A stretch of DNA of 32,000 nt, taken from contig OZ245049.1 of assembly GCA_965224465.1 (NCBI GenBank), forward strand, positions 4,110,001-4,142,000, written 5' to 3'. Within the stretch, counting starts at the first letter, position 1; every line of letters starts with the position of its first letter. Position numbers and translations under genes: made by a program. This DNA comes from Flavobacteriaceae bacterium (GTDB lineage Bacteria > Bacteroidota > Bacteroidia > Flavobacteriales > Flavobacteriaceae). Below, in pieces: positions 8,775 through 16,740 of the stretch. The notes beneath the pieces were generated by a model. That model worked only from the letters and a program-made list of their open reading frames with translations. It ran no database searches and had not been told where the DNA came from.

Positions 8775-8850
8775 GTTTTCTGTTTGAATAAAGTTAATAC
8801 TTTTTTTTATTCAGACAGAGTTGAGTTTACAGTCCCATACTTTATGACTA

Positions 8851-9978
8851 GCTGAATTCAACTTATAAACGCAACTTTTTGGTTAAACAATAATTGATTC
8901 ATTACAAATATAGGGTTTTGATATGAAAACCTTTTCCTAGGCCTTCTATTTAATTTTCCTTCCACCTGTTTTATCATCTGCTTAGTTAATATCGAAAAGT
9001 CACTTCCTTTAGGGAAATATTGCCGAATAAGCCCATTTAAATTTTCATTAGATCCTCTTTCCCATGAATGGTAAGGATGTGCAAAATAATAATCGATTCC
9101 TAAAAATTCAGCTACTTTTTTATGTCCTGCAAACTCTTTTCCGTTATCAGCTGTTATAGTGTTTATATACGGTATCCAATCTTCTAAAAGCTCATTAATA
9201 GCAGCTGTTACAACAGAAGATTCTTTAGATGCTATTTTTTTCATCTTTAGCATCCCAGAAGCCCTGTCATTGATTGTAAGAATGGCTTGATGATGATTTT
9301 TTCCAATTATTAAATCCACTTCTAAATCTCCAAAACGTTCTCTTTTCTCCACTATATCTGGTCGTTTTTCAATACTAATTCGATCTTTAATAATACCACG
9401 TGAGTCCTTGAATGCCCCTCGTTTCCTGTACTTCCTTCCTTGTCTTCTTAAATGAGTATAGAGTGTGCCTTTATGCTTCTTATCTTGCCAGATATGCTGA
9501 TAAATACGTTCTACTGAAACAACTTCTTTTCCTTGCTTAGTAAGTATTCCAACCACTTGTTCTGGACTATAATCATCACGTAACAGCTTTTCAACCTCGC
9601 TTCTTATCTTCTCAGTAAACCTAATGTGCTTTCGCTTTTTCTTATGTCTATCCTTCCACTTTCTATGTGCTAATTCGTATTCATAGGAGCCGCTACGAGC
9701 ATCGCAATTACGTTTGCATTCTCTACTTATAGTGCTTTTATGTTTCCCTATAGCCAAGGCTATTTTGGACTTAGAATACCCCTGTGATAACATACAGGTA
9801 ATTGTGTATCTTTGTTCTTTGGTTAAATGTGCCATACTACTTCTTTTTCAGAGACTTGAGGGCGTAAGGTAACTATTCCATCAAAACATGAAGGAGAGGT
9901 GACTCTCTTTCTGTTTTGAAAAATAAACCTTAGAAACTCTCAAATCTAAGAAGTTGCATTTACTACTTGAATTTAAGC
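8851..9978 (-). mobile_element. IS30-family insertion sequence (1128 bp)
   Basis: Imperfect ~27-bp terminal IRs (GCTGAATTCAACTTATAAACGCAACTT versus the reverse complement GCTTAAATTCAAGTAGTAAATGCAACTT). A 2-bp TSD, TA, sits at 8849-8850 and 9979-9980. It is inserted in the same unit U6, 6 bp beyond the IS256 TSD. Confidence 0.85.
8858..9835 (-). CDS. IS30-family transposase
   Basis: 325-aa ORF with an N-terminal HTH (LTKEQRYTI...GYSKSKIA..IGKHKSTISRE) and a DDE core (...DLEVDLI..., ...ITADNGKEF..., ...ERGSNENLNGLIRQYFPK...). Confidence 0.92.
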   Translation of the reverse strand: MAHLTKEQRYTITCMLSQGYSKSKIALAIGKHKSTISRECKRNCDARSGSYEYELAHRKWKDRHKKKRKHIRFTEKIRSEVEKLLRDDYSPEQVVGILTKQGKEVVSVERIYQHIWQDKKHKGTLYTHLRRQGRKYRKRGAFKDSRGIIKDRISIEKRPDIVEKRERFGDLEVDLIIGKNHHQAILTINDRASGMLKMKKIASKESSVVTAAINELLEDWIPYINTITADNGKEFAGHKKVAEFLGIDYYFAHPYHSWERGSNENLNGLIRQYFPKGSDFSILTKQMIKQVEGKLNRRPRKRFSYQNPIFVMNQLLFNQKVAFIS

Positions 9979-9980
9979 TA

Positions 9981-11232
9981 TGTAAAACAACCCGCTTCGC
10001 AAAGTCTCCCGACTTAGCGACATTATATTGCTCACATTAGCAAAGAATAAAATAAGGAAAGAAGGTTGTGTTATACGAGATCAAGAAAAGATACATTTTA
10101 TTACAGCCACTGTAGTGGATTGGATTGATGTGTTTACAAGGAAATCGTACAAAGATGTAATTATAGAAAGTTTAGAGTTTCGTATTCATAAATAGGGGAA
10201 TGATACTTTATGACTATGTAAAACGAACTATTTATATCTGTCATTTTGGATTGTAATTGCTCCGCTTCGCAAAGTCTCCCGACTTAGCGACATTATATTG
10301 CTCACATTAGCAAAGAATAAAATAAAGAAAGAAGGTTGTATTATACGAGATCAAGAAAAGATACATTTTATTACAGACACTGTAGTGGATTGGATTGATG
10401 TGTTTACAAGGAAATCGTACAAAGATGTAATTATAGAAAGTTTAGAGTTTTGTGTTCGTAAATAGGGGGATGATACTTTATGGCTATGTAAAACAAACCC
10501 GCTTCGCAAAGTCTCCCGACTTAGCGACATTATATTGCTCCCATTAGCAAAGAATAAAAGAGGTTGTATTATACGATTTCAAGAAAAGATACATTTTATT
10601 ACAGCCACTGTAGTGGATTGGATTGATGTGTTTACGAGGAAATCGTACAAAGATGTAATTATAGAAAGTTTAGTGTTTTGTGTTCATAAATAGGGGAATG
10701 ATACTTTATGACTATGTAAAACAACCCGCTTCGCAAAGTCTCCCGTCTTAGCGACATTATATTGCTCACATTAGCAAAGAATAAAATAAAGAAAGAAGGT
10801 TGTATTATACGAGATCAAGAAAAGATACATTTTATTACAGACACTGTAGTGGATTGGATTGATGTGTTTACAAGGAAATCGTACAAAGATGTAATTATAG
10901 AAAGTTTAGAGTTTTGTGTTCGTAAATAGGGGGATGATACTTTATGGCTATGTAAAACAAACCCGCTTCGCAAAGTCTCCCGACTTAGCGACATTATATT
11001 GCTCACATTAGCAAAGAATAAAATAAGGAAAGAAGGTTGTATTATACGAGATCAAGAAAAGATACATTTTACAGCTACTGTAATGGATTGGATTGATGTG
11101 TTTACAAGGAAATCGTACAAAGATGTAATTATAGAAAGTTTAGAGTTTTGTGTTCATAAATAGGGGGATGATACTTTATGACTATGTAAAAACAAACTAT
11201 TTATATCGGTCATTTTGGATTGTAATTGGTAT
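9981..11232 (+). repeat. Tandem array, right block (last 11 bp of U6, units U7-U11)
   Basis: Unit starts are at 9992, 10262, 10499, 10726 and 10963, with lengths 270, 237, 227, 237 and 270 bp. Removing both ISs and one copy of each TSD rejoins U6 as a 232-bp unit (7207-7421 + 8845-8850 + 9981-9991). U11 runs into an X right terminus. Confidence 0.97.
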
Positions 11233-11233
11233 A

Positions 11234-11394
11234 ATACCAATTACATTTCCAAGTGAAGATTTAGAAATGGAATTGTTTTTTGTTTTAGCTAGGCAAGAAA
11301 TCTAAGGATAGCCATAGCTATCGTTCTATTTTTTAACAACGCTGGAACGTAAAACAAACTATTTATATCGGTCATTTTGGATTGTAATTGGTAT
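11234..11394 (+). repeat. X element copy B (full-length, 161 bp, MITE/REPIN-like)
   Basis: Terminal inverted repeats are ATACCAATTACATTTCCAA (11234-11252) and TTGGATTGTAATTGGTAT (11377-11394). The element has no coding capacity and contains an internal short hairpin, GATAGC-cata-GCTATC. Confidence 0.75.
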
Positions 11395-11425
11395 AAGAGA
11401 TCACTACTAAATACTATTTCAAAAA

Positions 11426-11433
11426 TAGATTTG
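11426..11433 (+). promoter_or_regulatory. Candidate -7 box (TAGATTTG) for the NdpA-like gene
   Basis: Perfect TAnnTTTG 47 nt upstream of ATG 11481. Confidence 0.3.
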
Positions 11434-11480
11434 TAAATGATAGATATTTAAGTGAAATTTGCTTCCTAAAATTTAGTATT

Positions 11481-12533
11481 ATGATTAAAAGAGGTCGTGC
11501 ACAAATATCAAAATTTATCATTCATAAAGTAGGGAATAAATTCAATAGTTCCACCAATGCTTTTTCGGACAAAATATTAGAATTTGATCAGGAGACTTAT
11601 GAAATGATGTTGCCTTTTTTATTAAAACCTTTTACAAATGTAGCGGAGAGTTTTCGTTTTAATCATCATGCAGACATTTCGTTGAATGAGATAAATAGTT
11701 ATACCAAACAAATGTTTGAGGACGGTGATTCTTTTGTGGAGGTTTCTCAAAACATGGTGAATCATTTATTTGAACAGTCTAATTCTGCTCAAATAAAAAG
11801 AGGAGATGTGTTGGTTGTGTTTTTTGAAGATGTAGAATATAGAGATGTTATGACTACCGCTATTGGGATTTTTAAAATAGAAAGTAAAACTAGTTTTTTT
11901 CAGACCTATATGGATGATGAAAATTTCGAGATTATGCTTCAGCAAGGGATCAGCACCAAGCGTATAGATAAAGGATGTTTGATTATTAATTCTACGGATG
12001 ATGAAGGGCGTACCGTGCTATGTGTGGATAATAACAATTACGATGCACAGTATTGGTTAAAGAATTTTTTGAATGTTAAATATGCGGATGATGCCAATCA
12101 GCATACAAATACGTATATAGAAATGTGTAAAGATTTTTCTGATCAGGTAATTCAAGAAGAATTTGGATTGCATGAAAAGAATAAATTTTTGGCGAGTACT
12201 GTAGATTTTTTCAGTGAAAACGATCACGTGAATATCAACGAGTTTAAAGAGGAAGTGTTTGAACCAGAGAGTGGACGTATGGAGCTTTTTGAAGAGTATA
12301 AAAAGCAGTATGAGGAAGCAAATGACGTAGTTGTTCGCAACGATTTTGCCATTTCAGACGTTGTTTTGAAAAAGCAAAAGACAAAGATGAAAACGGAAAT
12401 TAAATTAGATACCAACATCCAAATTAAATTAGACATCAATGCTCCTGATGCGTATACAGAATATATTGAGCAAGGTTTTGATGAGGATAAGAAAATGAAG
12501 TTTTACAAGGTGTTCTATAACGAGGAAAAGTAG
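11481..12533 (+). CDS. Nucleoid-associated protein, NdpA/YejK-like (NA37 family)
   Basis: 350-aa acidic protein. Its N-terminus, ..ISKFIIHKVGNK......FSD..L.....YEMMLPFLLKPF, fits the conserved Bacteroidota nucleoid-associated protein family as I remember it. Confidence 0.6.
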   Translation: MIKRGRAQISKFIIHKVGNKFNSSTNAFSDKILEFDQETYEMMLPFLLKPFTNVAESFRFNHHADISLNEINSYTKQMFEDGDSFVEVSQNMVNHLFEQSNSAQIKRGDVLVVFFEDVEYRDVMTTAIGIFKIESKTSFFQTYMDDENFEIMLQQGISTKRIDKGCLIINSTDDEGRTVLCVDNNNYDAQYWLKNFLNVKYADDANQHTNTYIEMCKDFSDQVIQEEFGLHEKNKFLASTVDFFSENDHVNINEFKEEVFEPESGRMELFEEYKKQYEEANDVVVRNDFAISDVVLKKQKTKMKTEIKLDTNIQIKLDINAPDAYTEYIEQGFDEDKKMKFYKVFYNEEK

Positions 12534-12586
12534 TTAATTTAGGTTTTGAAGAAACTTAAAAACTGCGTGTAATAAAATTTTAAAAG

Positions 12587-12637
12587 AGGAATACGTTGTG
12601 TATGATGTAAGTCGTAGCAATGTATTCCTTTTTTTTA
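12587..12637 (+). terminator. Rho-independent terminator downstream of the NdpA-like gene
   Basis: AGGAATACGTTG (12587-12598) pairs with CAATGTATTCCT (12618-12629). That gives a 12-bp stem with one G.U pair and a 19-nt loop, followed by TTTTTTT. Confidence 0.6.
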
Positions 12638-12783
12638 TGGGTTCTTGTTTTGTTTTAAAATCCTGTTCTTTATCTATTAAGTTGACTTTAAGCCTTGGTA
12701 AAATTATTTTGAGAAGGCGAGGTGTTGTCTCGTTTGTTTTACGTAATTTCCTACTTTAATTTTTAAATAAACTTACGTACACC

Positions 12784-13707
12784 TTGAGCGAAGAAAGAAC
12801 CCCTAAAAAGGCATTGGTTATATCAGGAGGAGGCAGTAAAGGCGCATTCGCAGGAGGCGTGGCTAAATTCCTCATTGAAGATAAGAAAAACGACTACGAA
12901 ATAATTATCGGTACCTCTACAGGTAGCTTGATGGTAACACATTTAGCCTTGAAAAAGATAGATGAATTGTATACTATTTATTCCAATATTAAACAGCGAA
13001 CTATTTTTAGTAACAATCCATTTTATGTGAGAAAAGTAGATGGAGCACAGGTAGTGGGTGTGCGACACTTAAATACCATTTGGAACTTTATGAATGGTCG
13101 TAAAACATTTGGAGAAAGTAAAAATTTACGAAAGTTTATCAAGAAGAAAATAACAGAGGAATATTTTGATGCTGTAAAATCTTCAAAAACTGATGTGGTA
13201 GTTACTGTTTCTAATTTAACGTCCAATGTGGTGGAGTATAAATCGATTAACGACCATAGTTATACCGACTTTTGTGATTGGATTTGGGGCTCGTGTAATT
13301 ATGTGCCTTTTATGAGTTTGTTACATAAAAACGGCTATGAATATGCAGATGGTGGTTTTGGTGCTTTGGTGCCTATAAATGAAGCCATCAAAAGAGGAGC
13401 TACAGAGATAGATGTTATTATATTAGAAACCGAAACAGAGCATTTGAGTCGGTTGCCATCTACAAGTCCGTTTTCTTTATTATCTACAGTAATTGAGTTT
13501 ATGTTAGACCAAGTGGAACGTCAAAATGTGGCGATCGGTAAATTGGAGGCAAAAACAAACAATGTCCAACTCAATTTATATTATACACCTACGGTTTTGA
13601 CAACCAATTCCTTGGTGTTTAATAAAAAACAAATGGCTTCTTGGTGGAAACAGGGCTATGCTTATGCTAAAAAGAGAGAAGAGAATTTGAGTAATGAGTT
13701 GAAGTAG
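12784..13707 (+). CDS. Patatin-like phospholipase
   Basis: The motifs are the oxyanion GGGSKGAFAGG, the nucleophile elbow GTSTGS (GxSxG), and the catalytic DGG (YADGGFG). The TTG start is needed to retain the Gly-rich loop. Confidence 0.85.
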   Translation: MSEERTPKKALVISGGGSKGAFAGGVAKFLIEDKKNDYEIIIGTSTGSLMVTHLALKKIDELYTIYSNIKQRTIFSNNPFYVRKVDGAQVVGVRHLNTIWNFMNGRKTFGESKNLRKFIKKKITEEYFDAVKSSKTDVVVTVSNLTSNVVEYKSINDHSYTDFCDWIWGSCNYVPFMSLLHKNGYEYADGGFGALVPINEAIKRGATEIDVIILETETEHLSRLPSTSPFSLLSTVIEFMLDQVERQNVAIGKLEAKTNNVQLNLYYTPTVLTTNSLVFNKKQMASWWKQGYAYAKKREENLSNELK

Positions 13708-13884
13708 TTTTAGCGATTCTTACTTCTTGTTTAGGAGGGTGTTTTATACTTAAAAATATCGTTTACCCCATATTGAGAATTAAATTCTCCGTGGGTTGCC
13801 TCGGAATAGAACATCGTTTTTCTGAAGTGTCTCTTGTGTCCTTTGGGCGTGCTGTTGATTGTTCAATAGTCTAAGCGATACAAT

Positions 13885-13913
13885 TCCCCTATAAATTTAT
13901 TCCATTTATAGGG
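13885..13913. other. Perfect 11-bp stem hairpin between convergent genes
   Basis: The hairpin is CCCCTATAAAT-ttattcc-ATTTATAGGGG. No adjacent T-run is present, so its function as a terminator is uncertain. Confidence 0.4.
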
Positions 13914-14028
13914 GAGTCAATATCATGGTGAGGTTTTTTCTCGGGACTACTTAAAATAGTACTTTTTTTAGAATACATTTAGGATTCAACTTTAATCCAA
14001 ACAGGACCCTTTTTCTTTCCTGAGAATT

Positions 14029-14138
14029 ATACAATTACAATCCAAAATGACAGATATAATTAGTTTATTATATGCTCTAGCGTTGTTAAAAAACAATTCT
14101 ATTTCTAAACTGTTACTAGGAAATGTATTTGGTGTTAT
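14029..14138 (-). repeat. X element copy C (internally deleted, ~110 bp, inverted orientation)
   Basis: The reverse complement reads AACACCAAATACATTTCCTAGTAACAGTTTAGAAATAGAATTGTTTTTTAACAACGCTAGAGC...TTATATCTGTCATTTTGGATTGTAATTGTAT. Both ends match copy B, and the internal ~50 nt are missing. One terminus overlaps the lipB stop codon (14135-14137). Confidence 0.7.
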
Positions 14139-14830
14139 TTTATAATTTCAGCATCAAACAAAGAAGCGAAGTGATGTAAAATCTTTCCTTGTACTTCGTC
14201 GATGTCTACTTTTTTATTTAGCTCGGCTTCCATAGATGTAACTGCTTTTCCTTTGATTCCACAAGGAATAATATTGTCAAAATACCCTAAATTTGTGTTG
14301 GCATTGAGTGCAAATCCGTGCATTGTTACCCAGCGACTTGTACGAACTCCTAGGGCGCATATTTTGCGAGCAAATGGGGTTCCTACATCTAGCCAAACAC
14401 CAGTTTCACCTTTACTACGCTCACTTTTAATGCCGTATTCAGCAAGTGTTAGAATAATAGATTCTTCTAATAAACGCAGGTATTTGTGGATGTCAGTAAA
14501 AAAATTATCGAGGTCAATAATTGGATATCCTACTATTTGACCAGGTCCGTGATAGGTGATGTCTCCACCTCTATTTATTTTGTAAAAGGTAGCTCCTTTT
14601 GCTTTTAATTGTGCTTCGTTGAGTAATAAATTACTAATATCTCCACTTTTTCCAAGGGTGTATACATGAGGGTGTTCTACAAATAAAAAATAATTTGGGG
14701 TAGTGTCTTCTGTGTTGTTTTTACGATTCGAGATTTTAATGTCTATTATTTTTTGGAATAATTTCTCTTGGTATTCCCAAGTTTCGTTATAATCTTTCGA
14801 ACCTAAATTTTGAAGTTGTACTTGTTGCAT
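14135..14830 (-). CDS. lipB: Octanoyltransferase (lipoyl(octanoyl) transferase)
   Basis: 231 aa with the LipB pattern: ..VEHPHVYTLG.., INRGGDITYHGPGQ, and the C169-type PCG in IIPCGI. Confidence 0.88.
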   Translation of the reverse strand: MQQVQLQNLGSKDYNETWEYQEKLFQKIIDIKISNRKNNTEDTTPNYFLFVEHPHVYTLGKSGDISNLLLNEAQLKAKGATFYKINRGGDITYHGPGQIVGYPIIDLDNFFTDIHKYLRLLEESIILTLAEYGIKSERSKGETGVWLDVGTPFARKICALGVRTSRWVTMHGFALNANTNLGYFDNIIPCGIKGKAVTSMEAELNKKVDIDEVQGKILHHFASLFDAEIIK

Positions 14831-14836
14831 AAATAC

Positions 14837-14995
14837 TTAGTTTTTAGGATTGTTAATAATTACTAAAGCGGCTATTACACCAGGAACCCAACCACATAGT
14901 GTGAGTAAAAAAACAATGATGATAGATCCGCAGCCTTTACCTAAAACGGCAAGAGGAGGAAATAAAATAGCTAATAATACACGCCAAAAACTCAT
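14837..14995 (-). CDS. YqaE/Pmp3-family small membrane proteolipid
   Basis: MSFWRVLLAILFPPLAVLGKGCG...GWVPGVIAALVII is a 52-aa two-TM protein. ATG 14995 is preferred to the longer ORF-track start. Confidence 0.7.
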   Translation of the reverse strand: MSFWRVLLAILFPPLAVLGKGCGSIIIVFLLTLCGWVPGVIAALVIINNPKN

Positions 14996-15072
14996 AATAA
15001 GGTTATTTTTAGAATTACTAATATTTTCCAAAGGTCTAAAAAATAAAATCATTTTCCAACGTTATAAATATG

Positions 15073-15080
15073 TACTTTTG
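15073..15080 (+). promoter_or_regulatory. Candidate -7 box (TACTTTTG) for the gldA-like gene
   Basis: Perfect TAnnTTTG 14 nt upstream of ATG 15095. Confidence 0.3.
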
Positions 15081-15094
15081 TAAAAAATCATCAC

Positions 15095-15988
15095 ATGTTT
15101 GTAAATGTTAAAAATATAGTTAAGAAATACGGCAATCAAATTGCTTTAAACCAGGTGAGTTTTTCTTTAAAAAAAGGAGAAGTTGTGGGGTTTTTAGGGC
15201 CTAATGGAGCGGGTAAATCTTCTATGATGAAAATTATTACAGGCTTTATTGAAGCGGATTCTGGAGAGGTTTTAATTGATGATGTAATAATGACAAGTGA
15301 GACTACGGATGTAAAAAAACAAATTGGCTACCTTCCAGAACACAATCCATTGTATTTAGAAATGTATGTACGTGAGTATTTATCATTTTTGGCAAATATT
15401 CATAAGTTGAATAAAAAAGAGGTGGGAAAAGCCATTGATGCTGTTGGATTGAAATCTGAATCATCTAAAAAAATAAAGCAATTATCTAAGGGGTATCGCC
15501 AACGTGTAGGTTTGGCTGCTGCGATTATGCACAATCCTTCCGTGCTTATTTTGGACGAACCTACTACGGGATTAGATCCCAATCAATTGGTGGAAATTAG
15601 AAACTTAATTAAAGAATTAGCCAAGGACAAAGTAGTGCTCTTGTCTACTCATATTATGCAGGAAGTCGAAGCGATGTGCGATCGCGTTATTATCATCAAT
15701 AAAGGAGCAATTGTAGCAGATGAAAGTTTGTCTACTTTGATAGAACAACAGGTTCAATTATTGGAAGTGGAGTTTGATAGGGATATTTCGATGGAAGATA
15801 TTCACGAATTAAAACATTTAAAACAAGTGAATAATTTTAGTGGTTTTTCTTGGGTATTGACATTTAATACCAGTATGGATATGCGTGCTTCTGTGTTCGA
15901 TTTTGCGCATGATAAAGGGTTTAAGATCCTCCAACTTACATCTAAAGATAAAAGTTTGGAGAGTCTGTTTTCTGCCTTGACTACTTAA
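15095..15988 (+). CDS. gldA: ABC transporter ATP-binding protein, GldA-like (gliding-motility associated)
   Basis: Walker A GPNGAGKS, signature LSKGYRQR, and Walker B LILDEPT. Its length (297 aa) and IGYLPEHNPLYLEMYVREYL resemble flavobacterial GldA from memory. The ABC ATPase call is secure, but the gldA assignment is less so. Confidence 0.6.
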   Translation: MFVNVKNIVKKYGNQIALNQVSFSLKKGEVVGFLGPNGAGKSSMMKIITGFIEADSGEVLIDDVIMTSETTDVKKQIGYLPEHNPLYLEMYVREYLSFLANIHKLNKKEVGKAIDAVGLKSESSKKIKQLSKGYRQRVGLAAAIMHNPSVLILDEPTTGLDPNQLVEIRNLIKELAKDKVVLLSTHIMQEVEAMCDRVIIINKGAIVADESLSTLIEQQVQLLEVEFDRDISMEDIHELKHLKQVNNFSGFSWVLTFNTSMDMRASVFDFAHDKGFKILQLTSKDKSLESLFSALTT

Positions 15989-16724
15989 AAATTAGGCGTC
16001 CTTTATAATGTTCTTTTACAGTTACAATAGGGGGTTTGTTGTAGCAGTATACATTGCCAAGACGGTAAATGTCTCCTTCAATTTTGTCTGTAGCATATAC
16101 ATGCATGTCGTTGGTTGAAGTGTTGTTAACCACAACGTTTTTGGCAATTAAATAGCGACCTAAAAATCTAGGGTCACTATCCGAAAAAAGGACATTTAGA
16201 TTGTCAGTAGTTCCCTTTACCTTGATGGTAGCAATTCCATTTGCCCACACTCGAATGTTTTTTGATTTTACAGATATGTCGAAATCTCCTATAGGTAAAT
16301 AATCAAATTTATCTCCTGTAACATGTATAAAAAGACTTGGGTATTCCAAGGTGTTTAAAGATGTGATGGTGTTTTGAGAGGAGTTTCTAACTTCTACTAA
16401 GTTGGGAGAGGTTACGGTTACTACTGTAATGTTATATTTACGTAAAAAATTACAATCATTTTCGTTGGTTAGTATCAACCTGTCCCCATCTATAGTGCCG
16501 TAAATTTCTGGCATTAGGTTTTCTCCAGTCTTTATTTCAACCTTTTGTGTGGCGCCATATTTTAAGACCAAACGAATATTTTTTTGTACAGTTACTCTTG
16601 TGAAAATGGGCAATTCCATTTCTTGACTTATGATAGTTCCTGCTTTTTGAAAGCAGTCTCCTGTGTTTTCTTTATCGCAACCAGTAAGGTTTACTAAAAG
16701 GAGTAGTATGACTATTTTTTTCAT
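15981..16724 (-). CDS. Lipoprotein with DUF2807 / head-GIN (beta-helix) domain
   Basis: Lipobox LLLLVNLTGC after ATG 16724, followed by repetitive beta-strand segments (..V.V.G.......V..). The stop overlaps the convergent gldA end by 8 nt. Confidence 0.5.
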   Translation of the reverse strand: MKKIVILLLLVNLTGCDKENTGDCFQKAGTIISQEMELPIFTRVTVQKNIRLVLKYGATQKVEIKTGENLMPEIYGTIDGDRLILTNENDCNFLRKYNITVVTVTSPNLVEVRNSSQNTITSLNTLEYPSLFIHVTGDKFDYLPIGDFDISVKSKNIRVWANGIATIKVKGTTDNLNVLFSDSDPRFLGRYLIAKNVVVNNTSTNDMHVYATDKIEGDIYRLGNVYCYNKPPIVTVKEHYKGRLIFK

Positions 16725-16740
16725 GATTTCTTTTTCTTTT

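Larger units (their letters stand above)
7422..8836 (-). mobile_element. IS256-family insertion sequence (1415 bp)
   Basis: The 25-bp imperfect terminal IRs (GGTTGTGTAATTTAAACTCTGTCTG versus the reverse complement GGGACTGTAAACTCAACTCTGTCTG) match at 19/25. An 8-bp TSD, ATACTTTA, sits at 7414-7421 and 8837-8844. The element carries a single transposase gene and interrupts array unit U6. Confidence 0.9.

Noticed and set aside
7422-9978. IS256 plus IS30 acting as a composite transposon
   Set aside because: The two elements belong to different families with unrelated IRs. Each has its own TSD, and only 14 bp of array sequence lies between them, so no cargo is bracketed.
5897-11232. CRISPR array as an explanation for the regularly spaced repeats
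   Set aside because: Units are 227-270 bp and abut directly with no unique spacers. The repeats are not 25-40 nt palindromic repeats, and no cas genes are present in the window.
11481-13707. NdpA-like protein plus patatin-like phospholipase as a two-gene defence module
   Set aside because: The genes are separated by 250 bp that contains a good terminator. Both look like conserved flavobacterial housekeeping families. No sensor or NTPase partner is present, and the only mobile-element context is the neighbouring array. There is no positive evidence for a defence role.
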